A stretch of DNA of 64,000 bases from positions 348,578 to 412,577 of the forward strand of contig RHPI01002699.1 in NCBI GenBank assembly GCA_009103225.1. The letters are read 5' to 3'. Source of the DNA: Chlorokybus atmophyticus. Taxonomy: Eukaryota; Plantae; Mesostigma and Chlorokybus algae. Position 1 is the stretch's first letter; every line of letters starts with the position of its first letter. The position numbers were made by a program, and so were the translations under genes. This document shows, piece by piece, positions 1 to 12,269 of the stretch. The notes beneath the pieces were generated by a model. The model was given only the letters and a program-made list of their open reading frames with translations, was not told the origin of the DNA and made no database searches.

Positions 1-1140
1 CCTTTAATAAGCGAGGAACCGTAGAAAAGAAGTATAAATAAGCATATTTAAATACTTATTCATACAAAATGTGTTATTCAGGTAGCAATAATACCCCTAT
101 TATTATTGCTCCCGTTACACACGCATATGCACACTATTTTGTAGTACCTTACAACGCAAAGTTGTTTGCACATTTGTATGTTGTACTAATGCAATGCAAT
201 GCATATAGTACGGATTACTTTTCATCTTTGCACACGATTGTATAAAGAACTTTTACTTTGCATTATGATATGATCGCAACATCACGATTAGACAATTCGA
301 GCAATGATGTAATCAGCAACACAACTCACATGATGTTGCTGTATACGATAAGATATTTAGCAATTAAGGATGATGAACAACATGATATTTCCATTTATCA
401 TTAAATTGCGCTCTTGTGATTTGCTAAATATGGATACGGTTGGTAACGTCTTGATTATAAGTGTTATTTAATTCCAACTTTTTTAGATTCTTTTAAAATT
501 TATTTAGAAACAAAATAAATGAGAAGGGAAAAGGAAAAAGAGTTGTGGCATGACTCTTTTCCCGACGATATAAAACCTTTTGTATCGTGCAACCAGTGGA
601 GTCAATGTAATACGAGCAGCAGTGAAATCTGGTGAACAAAGCGTGCGGAACATGCTGAGGTGTAGGTGGCCATGGCGCTGATGGGACAAACGCCAACATG
701 ATAAACAATGCACGACAAGCTGTTGAGTCTTCTTGTTGGTCGTGCGTTTCATTTTCCTTTGTCGGATTCTTCTCTTGCAATGACCCCAGCACTAGCATTT
801 TACACATGCATATGCGATCTACATACGTACGTGTTACGATAGCTCTAAAGTAAGGGGCTTGAATAACTATGAAACCTTAAAACTTAACATGTAAGCGCCT
901 TTTGCTTACATGGCCTAATGGAAATGCTGGACCTAATAGTAAGTGATTAATTTAGCCATCAATTCTACAATCGACACACATGGCGTCGTGTTGGCCAGCT
1001 AACTTCAGACGTCTGCAAGCAGAGCCCGCACCTTACCAGCCACATCCACAGCCTCGGGGGGGAAGCGCGCGCGCGGGAAGAACTCCAGCAGCGCGTCTAT
1101 CAGATTGACCTCAGCCGGCACCTCTATTGAAAAACAAAAT

Positions 1141-1657
1141 TGTCACGATTTGGGATAAATTGTGACAGACCTCGCTTATAGTAGTGTCTTTTACTACCAT
1201 AGCCTAGTGGTCGGGCCCCAATTGTTACAATGGTAACGGAGCTAAGCGTTTAAGCTTCAATTCTCGTAGGGGACTGAGGCAGATCCAAGGCGAAAACAAA
1301 AACATATGGGGCGGCTTGCCCTAGCCTGGGCGCGGGATTACGACCTACGCGCCGAGCCAGTTCAACCCAAGGCCGCGTCAGCGGTCGCGCTGCGATGGCA
1401 GGTCGCGCGGTGAGGATGGCCGTTCGGTCGATCGGTCAGGACCGTTCGTGGGCCAGATCCAACAGGCCGCGAGCAGACCGATCGTGGTACGGCCGCGAAC
1501 ACGGCGACGTGGGCTAGTGCCTCATTGGATTATGAGAAACTCATGGGTAAATTGGGAGGAATGTCACGATTTGGGATTTGGGATAAATTATGACAAACCT
1601 CACTCAGGGTAGTATCTTTTACTACCATAGCCTAGTGGTCGGGCCCCAATTGTTACA
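1141..1657 (+). mobile_element. TRIM-like miniature LTR element (family 1)
   Basis: Direct repeats at 1141-1229 and 1562-1657 both run TGTCAC...GTTACA. A PBS-like TGGTAACGGAGC lies at 1231-1242 (cf. tRNA-iMet PBS TGGTATCAGAGC), a purine-rich GGGTAAATTGGGAGGA precedes the 3' repeat, and the GC-rich core is non-coding. No matching TSD (AAAAT vs AGAAC). Confidence 0.8.
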
Positions 1658-3962
1658 AGAACTCTCAGTCGGCACACACCTGCAATGTACATTGCATGTG
1701 GTGTGTCATGTTGCGGCGGTTTGGACACTAATGGCAAGCAATGCGCGTGACAAACAAGGATGGTGACATAAGTAACCATTTGCACTTACATTTTTCTGCA
1801 TTGCGCTTGCCATTATGATGGAGAAGCCGATAGCAGCTAGCTAAAGCAGGCTAGGGACGTGTGTATGCACGCGTAAGCTTGTGTATGCCCGCGGGTTTAA
1901 CACACGTGTGTCGTGCGTTCTTTCTCCTGCACCTGTCTAAAATGATATGTTCAGTTGTCATTTATACATGCACGCCTTGATACACGCTCGCATGCGTACA
2001 GTCGTGCCGTATGATCATATAATCATACATATATGTTTTTCAGTCGCATGCAGCCCCTTCACAAGACTTGAAAATTGAGCAACTTGCTTGAAACAGCTGT
2101 TGGCGCGCTGGCGAAATAGTTTGGAGCATGACCGTAGAGAGTATGTCAGCTCACTCAATCTTAGCACTCATACATGAGCACTATCACAATACGTCCCTAC
2201 TCCTCCACCTTCCCCATCTTTTGCTCCCGCGCTTCCGCCGCTGCCACCGCTTGAAAGCCCTACTCAACCGGCTGACTTGTCACCGTAGCACAATCTGTTG
2301 TAAAGTGGCAACTTCGTTCGTAAAGCGAAGATTTTTCAGGTCGATATAGATAAGCATGAATTGCAATCAGCATAAGTTATCAACATGACAGTGGTAATCT
2401 TACCTTGAAATGACAGAATTTAATATTGGATGGTATTAGCTTTTGAAAGTTGATGTCTGACAGTCTCATCCAGTCGCTGACGTGACGTCCTTCTGTTGCT
2501 CAGCAGAGAGTCAACTCCGTTATCAACTTGACAATGTTAAAAGTCAATGTCTGTGACTTAAAGTTGAATTGCGTTTTGCATGGCACGTGAGTCGCATGCT
2601 TGCCTGTGTTTGTAATTGTAATGTGCTATAAGTACTAAGCGTGTGCATGGCTTGCACTGCAAGCAATTGGTATGGGTGTATGGTTTGACAAATTTGTAAC
2701 ATACAAATGCATTGCATGCTACATTAATATTATGATATATGCTGAAATTGAAATCTATTTTTGTATATGTACTCATGGTGTATTGTGTCAATTGCACACA
2801 TGATAAGCAAAAGATCGATGGTGAACATATGTGCACAAGTGTGCCTTTATACATGTGTCGTGCGTAAGCTCTCTTACAATTGTCCAGCAGGGAGATGAAA
2901 CAACATTCATGCACGCACGCGTCTGAGAACGAGAACAGCTCAGCACCGAGGCGCGTGAGGGCCTGCGGCAAGGGGAGGCGCGCTTGTTGTAATGTCTTTA
3001 AAAACCAATCCTCTCTTTTCTTTCTTTCTTTCTCTCTCTCTCTCTCTCCCTATATATATATATATACTCTTCATGTTGTTTGTACCTGCATGCAATTACA
3101 ATACACGCTTTTAATGACGACGTTCCGTGGCCATGCTCCTTTTATTTTGCATGCTTATATAACATGTGTAGCATTCTCGGTATTCTCCGTGAATATTATG
3201 GCAATATGTACATCAGCAACATGAACAAAACATGCTAACCATTCACAACATGCACACTTTGCTATATATATATATGTAGTTAATTTGCTAACGGGTATGC
3301 ACGACAAGCTGACACGTAGCTGACAGCCTGAGCTTACCTTACGGATAAGCCAAATGACCAAGCCATTCGAATTGTTTACTTTAAAATGTGCTGGCTCCAT
3401 AGCGTAGAGAGTGGCAAGCTGCTACTGGCAGCGCCGGGAGTGAGGTTGCGTACTCACTCACGCATGCGTGGCATGCATCAACAGTGTTGCACACCGCCCC
3501 CCTCGACCTTCTATCATCTTCTCTTGCTCATCCTCAAGGAGATCCTCTATTGCCACTGTCTTGCTGTCGTGTAGGTAGCACTGGTTGTCAATTGACTTGA
3601 CAAAATAATATATGCAATTAGTTGTGCAACCTCATACTAAAGAGCCGTTTAAATTTAAATAAGTATAGCTTAATGTGAGATTAGCCATAAGATACTATAT
3701 GAGATTGTCAATTATGATAAAACTCCCTGATAATGGTCAACAACACCTGCTGATCATTATCATGGACTTTTTGTCATTGACAAATTGCTAATAAGAATAA
3801 ACAACTTTTAAGACCTGAAAGTGATGTTGGCATGGCACCTAATTTGCGTGATGCGTTGCAGCTGCTACCTTATATGCGGACTATGTCTAAGATATCGCGC
3901 TTAACCAAATATATACACATGTGATGTTACATCACATGTGTATAGTTGTGTCGTGCCCTCGG

Positions 3963-4491
3963 TGTAACGGGAAGGCACATTATAATACCACATATCGACC
4001 ATAAAAGCACCAAGTCTTTTGTGGTCGAGTGGGCTGTGACATTGGTCATCGGAGCTTGAGACCCGGCTTCGATTCCTGCCTTGCGCACGAATTCCGCGGT
4101 CGTTGTTTCTCGATCCAATAACATCGTAAATGGTCACTTCATAAGTGCCATCATCGATGGGTCGCGACTTGCCTAATGGTAGTCGCGCCGAACCGACCAG
4201 TTCAGTCGGCGCGGCAGGGCGCGACCTGCCTATCGCGGCGACGCGACCTGTGGGGCCGGCAGCGGCGCGCTATGCGCGCGCTGACCGGTATGGGCCTAAA
4301 TTGGCCGGTCCTTGGCTGTGGGGCCGGTGACCGACCCTAACAAACCCCTTGGGTAATTCCTCAGCTGAGCGGGCAGCTGCCGAGGACGTCAGCGTTCTTA
4401 AGTGGGGGAGAATGTAACAGGAAGGCACATTAAAATACCACAAATCGACCATAAAAGCACCAAGTCTTTTGTGGTCGAGTGGGCTGTGACA
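3963..4491 (+). mobile_element. TRIM (family 2) with 79-bp LTRs and 5-bp TSD
   Basis: LTRs at 3963-4041 and 4413-4491 (TGTAAC...GTGACA) are nearly identical. PBS-like TGGTCATCGGAGC at 4043-4055, PPT AAGTGGGGGAGAA at 4400-4412, and TSD CTCGG at 3958-3962 and 4492-4496. Confidence 0.92.
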
Positions 4492-6149
4492 CTCGGACTG
4501 CATAATGCTAATCAATCCGAGGTGTGTGTCAAGCAGCAAAGTACGCAGTCCAACGTTGGAGAAAGGAAGCTAGTGCTGAGCATTACTGCTAAGTAAAGGA
4601 TCAAGCCTTCTGCATTTGATATATTTCACAGATTTAACCGTAATAACATCATGATGAATCTAATGATTAAGACCTTAATAATATTTGTTGAAGAAGCACT
4701 GCCAAAACTCGATGCATACCGGTCGCTTATGCATCGATCGTTTGCATTACATAACACATTTTAGTTAGAGATTGTATGCTATGTGTAATGTATAGATCGC
4801 ATCTACTGCTACTGGCTGTTATATCTTCACATCTTTTCACGTCGAATAAGCATTTCGAAATGCTTGCTCGGCAGAGTCTTTATAACATCAATTCATCTTG
4901 CAATGTTCAAGGGTGTGACATTTATAGCGGTTTTGATGGCAGCTGCACATGTGCCCCTAGCTGCCGCGCTCTTTCTCTCCCTCCTCGCCTCCTCCTGTAG
5001 GCCACGTCCCTTGCCCACAATCTTATCGCAACTCTCGCATGGGACTGCACCGGCACGTGCTCGTCGCAAGAGGCTGCATTGGGATTCAACATGAGGCCGC
5101 GATACTCACGGCTAGAGATAGCAAAGGTTGGCCTCAACACGAGTTGATGTTAATAGATGAGCATGCGCAGAGCATTGCAGTTTTTCAACCGGCCTAGAAA
5201 GATGATTTTAAAAGATGCATTGCAAAGCAGAACTTGAACAGCGAAAAAGTGTTGTATTAATCTTGATGTAACTCGTTATATTTTAAGCATGATGCACATG
5301 CACGATCATTGTCACTTATAAAAGTTGAAAGGCCTTGAGAACACACTCAACATAAAACATAAAGAATGACACTCACCGATGGGGAAGTTGATTGCGTGTT
5401 GCGCTCGATTGCGCTTGACTGATTAAACACCAAAGTCGCTAGCTCGCCATATGCACCAACTCACTCCATGCATACGCTGCCGGAAAAGTGCTATGCCGCA
5501 TCGCTCCAACCATAATGCAGTACGCAACCCAAGCCCAACCAATGGTTCCGGAGTTTGAGAATCACAAAGCCCTTCACTGGGTGTATACAACAATTTTAAG
5601 TCGCACAATTGTTGCGAGTATGCTACATCGTTGATGAAGACGTGATTACATCATGTGATCATGATGTTTATTAAGTCTAAACAACTGATGGGTAATGGAT
5701 GTTAACATTTGAGGGTTGCCATCATTAGAATTTTTAATTATAAGTAAAAACAAAATACAAAAAATAATCAATACTTTGACAAATCTATAAGTGCACATAA
5801 AGATAAAAATACATTTGTGATGAGATTGGTGTAATGTTTTATAACAATAATCTCACTACGACTTTACACCACATTTGCAAGTGTAGTAGACATAGTTTTT
5901 AGCATTCAGTACAACTATTAGCAAACGCTAACGTGATAAAGAGACTTTTTGCCATGTTATTAGCACTACTCTTTCCGCTAAGTGTATAAACAGATAACGG
6001 TGGCAACAAAGCCACTGCCTTGAAGTGCGTAAACACTTGGAATTGTCGACTTGAACATTTCACTTCACATGCATGGCACGTGTTGCGTGCTGCATTTCTC
6101 GTCTGTTGTGTGATACATCACGTCGCCATGTATGTTAGCTTATAATTTC

Positions 6150-6210
6150 TATATATACACACATACACACACATATATACATATATATACATATATATAT
6201 ATATATATAT
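6150..6210. repeat. (TA)n/(CA)n microsatellite
   Basis: Directly visible dinucleotide runs. Similar (CT)n/(TA)n runs occur at ~3028-3066 and ~52010-52030. Confidence 0.9.
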
Positions 6211-7293
6211 GAGATACTATGTGCATGCCATGTAGCATATAACATGTTCGCGAAATATGACTTATACTGACACTCATACAACGATATATTCTTGAAGCAT
6301 TGTGTTTGCTGGACCGTATGGTGCAAGTTAAGTATCGGTACATGCAATGCAACTTGTGAGCTTTTACAACATTACTTTCGTGGTGGTGTAGTTACCCCGC
6401 ATGTTAAACCTGTAAGCTGCATTATCTTTTGCCTGCAAACATACATAATGTTGATAATTAAAGGGGAAGACTTATGTTGATTTTTGAATGGGAACCCACA
6501 ATATAAGATACATACAGATATAGCCAAAGCATAAAACACCATCACGCGTAAACGTAAGCATTGCCTCAATGTTAGCATAATATGTTTTTGTGCGTATATA
6601 TATATTATTTATTTATTTGCAATGTACATAACCTCGCTACAATTGCGTATTAATGTAATCTGTTTTATTGCGACATATTTATATAAATATTCATCATGCT
6701 TCTTAATATTATATAACTTGTGCTTTAAGCTGTTTCTACCGTTATTAACATAACTGGTTGCAGAGGCATATTTTATGCTCTGAGATAATGGGCCATTTTT
6801 CGTGTATATGTGTTCGTCATGCTTGTTGCTGCCAATATCAACATGTAACTCGGTTGCAGATGCATATTATATGATCTCAAACAATGAGCCGTAATTTGTA
6901 GATTATGCTTAATTGGCAGCATCTATGCTACGAGTAACAAAAGCAACATCACAAATAGCAACCCAACTCTCATTATATTTCGATTGAACCATAATTGCTT
7001 GATGAGAGCTTGAGTCGTGCTACAAGAATACTTGCTGCTCTTTAGTTCGAAGAGGACGCCATGTTGTATGGCGTCCTCTTGGCCCCCCTTTTTACAGAAG
7101 CTCCCCCACCCCTCTATTAACGAATAAATTCGTTTGTAAGAATGCAACCATAGATGGGGGCTTGTAGTTGGGCGGGGGGCTTCTGTCCGGAGTAGAATCC
7201 TCAATGGCAATAGGTGCATGCAGCATTGCACCGCTGACCATTCGACAATTCACCCGCACAAACGCAGTGCATGTGAATTGGCGAGCGGCGGGC

Positions 7294-10035
7294 ATGGCGG
7301 CGGCGGCGTGGTTAGCGGCGGGCGTACCCTTGGCGGCAGCGGTATGCTTGTTGCTGCTTGCGCTGCTGGCATGGTTAGCCTCCGTTGTCCACGACCCACG
7401 CCGCCTGTCCCTCGCGGGGCGCCACGTCCTCGTCACGGGAGGGAGCAGCGGGATCGGCCTCGCCGTCGCCGCCCTCGTCGCCAAGCAGGGCGCTAAGGTC
7501 TGGGCTGGAGTTAGGGTTTTAGCTGAGGATTCTGATGCTTGTCGGTGCACTCAAGGGCCACTATGTGCTGAACGTTTGGGGTTATTGAGTGAGATGACAT
7601 GCACTGCAATGCTTAAGCTTGTTGCATTCCTTTTGTACCTAGTAGTTGTGTTTGAAGCGATGCCGCATGCTTTGACTCTTGCTTGCTTGGTTGTGTAGTT
7701 GATGGCATATGACACACGTGCGTACATGCGTGCGCAGAGTGTGGATGTGTGTTGTTACCTGCGTCCGCGCGCACATTTAGTCTTTGCATCACAAGACTCT
7801 TCATCCAGGCCAACGCATGTTACCTTGAGACGTTAGGCTGAACTTGTCCAACGCAATGTATTGATGCATTGGCTCTCAGGTCACAATTGTAGCAAGGGAC
7901 GCCCGAAAGTTGGCAGCAGCAAAGTCGTCTGTTTTGGCTGCAAATGCGGGTGCCGAAGTTCACACTTTTGCCGGTGATGTTGCAAATGAGGAGTCTATAC
8001 AAAAGGTATGCTTGGACAAAAGTGAAGTCACATCTGTCGGAGTAGCCTATTGGTTGGGTAAATTTCTTCATGCGTGCTGCTCAGGCGATCGAGGAGGCTG
8101 TGCGGGTGGTTGGCAAAAGTGTGGATGTGCTCATCTGCTGTGCTGGTATGATGATGTGGTTTACGTGCTGTTCATTGTGCACGGTAGTTTTTTGGTTGCC
8201 CCTATGCTGCAACCACTGTTGGCTATGAATGCACATGCGCATACAATACCTCACAAGCGCGTGTGCATCCACGAGCATGGGCGTAAGTATGTGCATGCAT
8301 GTGCACATAACCACGTGCGTTTGCACATAACCACATGCGTTTGCACGTGTATGCCACGTGCTATGCTTGCGCACACGCATGCACACAACCATCCATGCAT
8401 GCATGCATGCATAGTTCACACTCGCACACAACTCGTGCAGGTGCTGTGGAGTGCCGGCGGTTTGACGACGCCAGCGCCGCCAATTACCGAACGCAGTTCG
8501 ACATCAACTGCATGGGCTGCGTCCACGCTGCGCGCGCGTGCCTCCCATCGATGAAGGCCGCGGGTGTCGGGCGGATTGTCTTCGTCTCATCCATGGCGGG
8601 CCAGGTGGGGATGCACACAGTGGTACACGCCGTGTCAGGACTGCACGTGAATGTTGTTTGCCTTCCACAGTGAGTGTGGTTGCCAACATGTACTATAGCA
8701 ACTGATACTGGATGTCAGTGAGGCAATGATCACACACAACAACAATGTCATCGAATATCCTTCTGCATTGGATGCTGGGCATGTATTGGTAGTCAAGCCA
8801 TGTTTTATCTAGAGAATCAGTGCCAACTGTAGCATCTGTCGCCTTACATATAGCTCACAATGCACATTATCGTTGATGGCCTGGCATTGAAGGGCAGCAA
8901 GCAGGGTTTGCAAGCGTTAACACGCAGTCTATACAAATGTCAAGAAAACTAACCAACACATGTGTCACCCTGGCATAAGTCAAGCAAGTGCTTAAATTGT
9001 TATTTGCCCGCATATGCCAACATTTGTCATCACTCATCACACCTCTCGTGTGTCCTCCAGTTCGGCCTCTTCGGCTATGCGGCGTACTCGGCCTCTAAGT
9101 ATGCGGTGCGCGGGGTGGCGGACGTGTTGTACCAGGAGCTTGCCGCATATAGGGACGTGCGCGTGAGCATCGTGTACCCGCCGGACACGGACACGCCGCA
9201 GTACCATTACGACAAGAAGAGGTGCGCTTATGCAACAATGTTGTGACATAGTTGCGTTTGTGTGGCATTGCTATTAACATCAGCATTGTGATCATTGTTG
9301 GTGTTAACTACTGCCATGATGTGTAGTTATTACCGCCCCAGAGAGGGTTGATTGTCCAAACTGCAATTGTTAGAATTGGTCTTATCTCAGTCGTGGTTCT
9401 TATCAGTCAACAAAAAGAGTGTCTTTGGCTTCATTGTTGTTATACTCAATGCTGGTGCATTTGGTGTAAGATAGGTTGCCATGTGCAGGCAACCTCCAGA
9501 GCTTAAAGCGCAGCTTGCGGGATCGACGCTGTTCACTCCTGAGAGGGTGGCGGGGGACATTGTTGAGGGGGCAAAGAAGGGGGCTTTCACCGTTTATACA
9601 GGTGGGTGCATACCTTCTGGAAGGACGTACTGTATGGATTTGCTGTTTGCCTATGTAAGTGCACCCTGCAAACCAACGTTTGTAGTTTGGTTTGCACCGA
9701 TTTGCTTGCACATTTCTTTTACACCCTTGCTGTGACAGAGTATGTAATTGATCAAACCCACGAAACAGCCCTCTAACCCATTCACATTTGGCAAAGGGCA
9801 ATGTAGCACGCAATTTGTCAAATTCGTGGAATTCTGCACTTGTCTCAAGCCCCTCTCTGCTGTTATAGGGTTTGATGGCTGGCTTGTGTCCACGCTGACA
9901 AGCGGGATGAGTCCGGAGCCGCTCCTGCTTCGCGCACTGCAGCAGGTGGCGTGCCTGTCCGTCCTTCGTATAGCTTCGCTGTTCTACGTGTCCTCACTCG
10001 CGTCCACCGTTCGACGCGTGCCCACCAGCAAGTAA
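7294..10035 (+). CDS. KDSR: 3-ketodihydrosphingosine (3-dehydrosphinganine) reductase, SDR family; 7 exons (~7294-7497, 7880-8005, 8085-8145, 8441-8604, 9061-9221, 9489-9601, 9869-10035)
   Basis: N-terminal hydrophobic anchor, VLVTGGSSGIG NAD(P) motif, SSMAGQ, catalytic YSASK, the KDSR-typical YPPDTDTP, and a C-terminal GFDGW...GMSP segment. Exons join in phase at GT-AG sites. Confidence 0.93.
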
Positions 10036-10631
10036 GTCGTACGCGTCTAGTCACAACACGTACACACATGCACGGCATCTTCCCCGCCTCTTTGCTGCCG
10101 CTGATGCGTGTGCTTGGCAAAAGTGCAGGACATCTTGACGGGCGCGCACAGGACAGTTATAACACAGCAATGAGATGATATTTAGAGAGAAGGCGGTCTC
10201 TTACGAGTGTATAATGGTGAGCAGTCTGCAATGGCTGTTGGCTGGTGTGATCTTAGGTTGGGTCAGTCAACTCGGTCCGGTTACCATGCATGGCAGTGCG
10301 TCCAGCATGCTTGCATGTGCTGATCAGCCACGGCCATTGCAGGTGTCATGCCAGAGACTAAAACAACCGTTGCTGTCCTACATATTTGCACAACAATGGT
10401 GTTGGAGGTCTCTAGGTACTACTGTGATGCACATGTACTACATGTGCATCATATGTTTGCACTTGTTTGCATGTCGAGATCGTGCAAGGTAGCTGCACCA
10501 GTCGCTGGTCACTTGCAAATCTGCAAGTTTGCTCAAGTGAGTTGGACAAGCAGTGACTTAGTTGCTGCACTCAACCTTGCATCGGTTCTCCACATGTGCT
10601 GCATTGGTGTTGCGCTTACTCTTGCCTCAAC

Positions 10632-10848
10632 TTATTGCCAACTTTAACCGACCGCAACCTTTTCGGGGTAAAGCCGCAGTTGCTGTCAGCAAACTGCGGC
10701 TTTGTGCCAACCCCCGCCAAACTTGTCGTGTTGGGGGTAAATGAATTGCTTATAACCCAACTGCCAGTTTACCGCGCGGAAACTGGCGGTTTGCTCATCG
10801 CAAACCGTCAGCTTGCGAAAGGCTTCGGTCGGTTGAAGTCGGCAATAA
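10632..10848. mobile_element. MITE-like fold-back element with TA-flanked ~30-bp TIRs
   Basis: TTATTGCCAACTTTAACCGACCG at the left end pairs with CGGTCGGTTGAAGTCGGCAATAA at the right end. TA lies on each side of the TTGCC/GGCAA ends, and there are four internal hairpins. Confidence 0.7.
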
Positions 10849-11225
10849 TGACACTTGCCTGAAACACAGGGGATGCACATCCGCCTGTTGCTGTTGGGCA
10901 TTGCTGCTGCTGCAAAGCCGCTAAGCAAGGCGCATGTGCAGGTGACTACAATTGCCATGCATGCATGCATGTCTGACAGGTGGGCAGTAGTGGTAGAATT
11001 AGAGGTAGAGGTAGTTAATAGGTAGCACGTAGGCGCCTTGCCCCGGTGGTCAATGTGGTGAGTTTACATCAAATGCAGGACATGCATGCGCATGCACAAC
11101 GTGTAGTCCAGTCAGCACGCAGCAACACATGCAAGGTGTCGTGCAAATGACATTTAGTTGGCCACCGGGCTACTACTAGCACGCTAATCTACTGCCTCTA
11201 CCCCGTTAGACATGCAGCAGTCAAT

Positions 11226-12250
11226 ATGCAGTTGGTAATCACCTGCCCACATGGACGTTGGTTAGTTGTTGGTGCTTTCGGTCATGCAGACAGCATGCAC
11301 ATTGGCGACCAGGACTCCCCCTCCCTCTCTCCCTGGCTCCGCCTCCTTCATCGCCCTCTGCTAGCGATGCAGCAGGGTTTGCTGGGTTGTGTCGCAGTTG
11401 CACTGCCGACGTCAACAGTGCCTGGTCCCGTGCCCTCCGCACAGGTTGTGCTGTGTTTGGTACGGGTGCTGGGCTGGTTAGGTGCTGGTTGGGGTTGGGT
11501 GGTGGGGTTGGTTTCCTGCGTCTCCGGCATGGGCAAGCTGTGCTATCACACATCGTGCTCCCCATGCGGTCTTTGCGGGGTGCGACGCTTACACGCCTGA
11601 TACTCCAACTGGTACAGCAGTGGAGGTGGTGTACAATACGCGTAGCTGCCGGTGCATAGCATATGCTGCCTCAGCGTGGCCAACAGACGTTTCAGAGGAT
11701 GTCCGTCGTTGTGCATTGCCACTAACAGGTCCACCATGGCTTGGATGAAGTGCGTGCGATAAGTGCAAACTCGCACAAACCTTACGTACTGCAATTGCAC
11801 CACGCCCAGCTTGATACAGCGGGCCACGTTGGAATCTGGTAGTGGTGCGCGGTGGCGTGCTGCAGCACTGTACGCCGGTAGGTCGCGCTTGCAGTACAGT
11901 CTGGTGCATATGCCATCCGCCGTTTAGAACACTGTGCAATCTGAAAATGGTAGCGTGGTACCTTATGCTGTACGTGACACTGTCACAATGTGCCGCGGGT
12001 ACACACCGCCGCCTGGTGTCCCTGGTGCCTTGTACCACAGCTCTTGGAACTCCGGTAGGTCTGCTACAAAGAGATCATCAATGTAGCGCAGGATCCCCTG
12101 TGTACAACGTTGCAGCAGCGACGTGGCTCCTTCTTGGCGCAGCTGTTGCACGAACTGTTGTTCGTAGGTCAGGAGGTAGCCGTTCGCCCGATGTGCTCCT
12201 GCATTGTTTCCCATAGGCACCCCTATTCGTTGGCGTGTTTGTGGTGTTGG
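11226..12250 (-). mobile_element. 5'-truncated, degenerate Penelope-like retroelement (RT C-half plus 3' region)
   Basis: Encodes RQRIGVPMGNNAGAH...LRYIDDLFVAD...GGGVYPRH and KLGVVQLQYVRFVRVCTYRTHF, with stops and frameshifts. Clearly homologous to the copy at 13594-14982. Confidence 0.85.
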
Positions 12251-12269
12251 TGACATTACATGTGCACGT

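Noticed and set aside
1-880. AT-rich region with ORFs 493-807 and 504-752 and a 9-bp hairpin at 888-912
   Set aside because: No recognisable domains, and the hairpin is short enough to arise by chance.
4055-4090. tRNA gene
   Set aside because: Only a T-loop/B-box-like motif is present. No cloverleaf can be formed, and it lies inside the TRIM.
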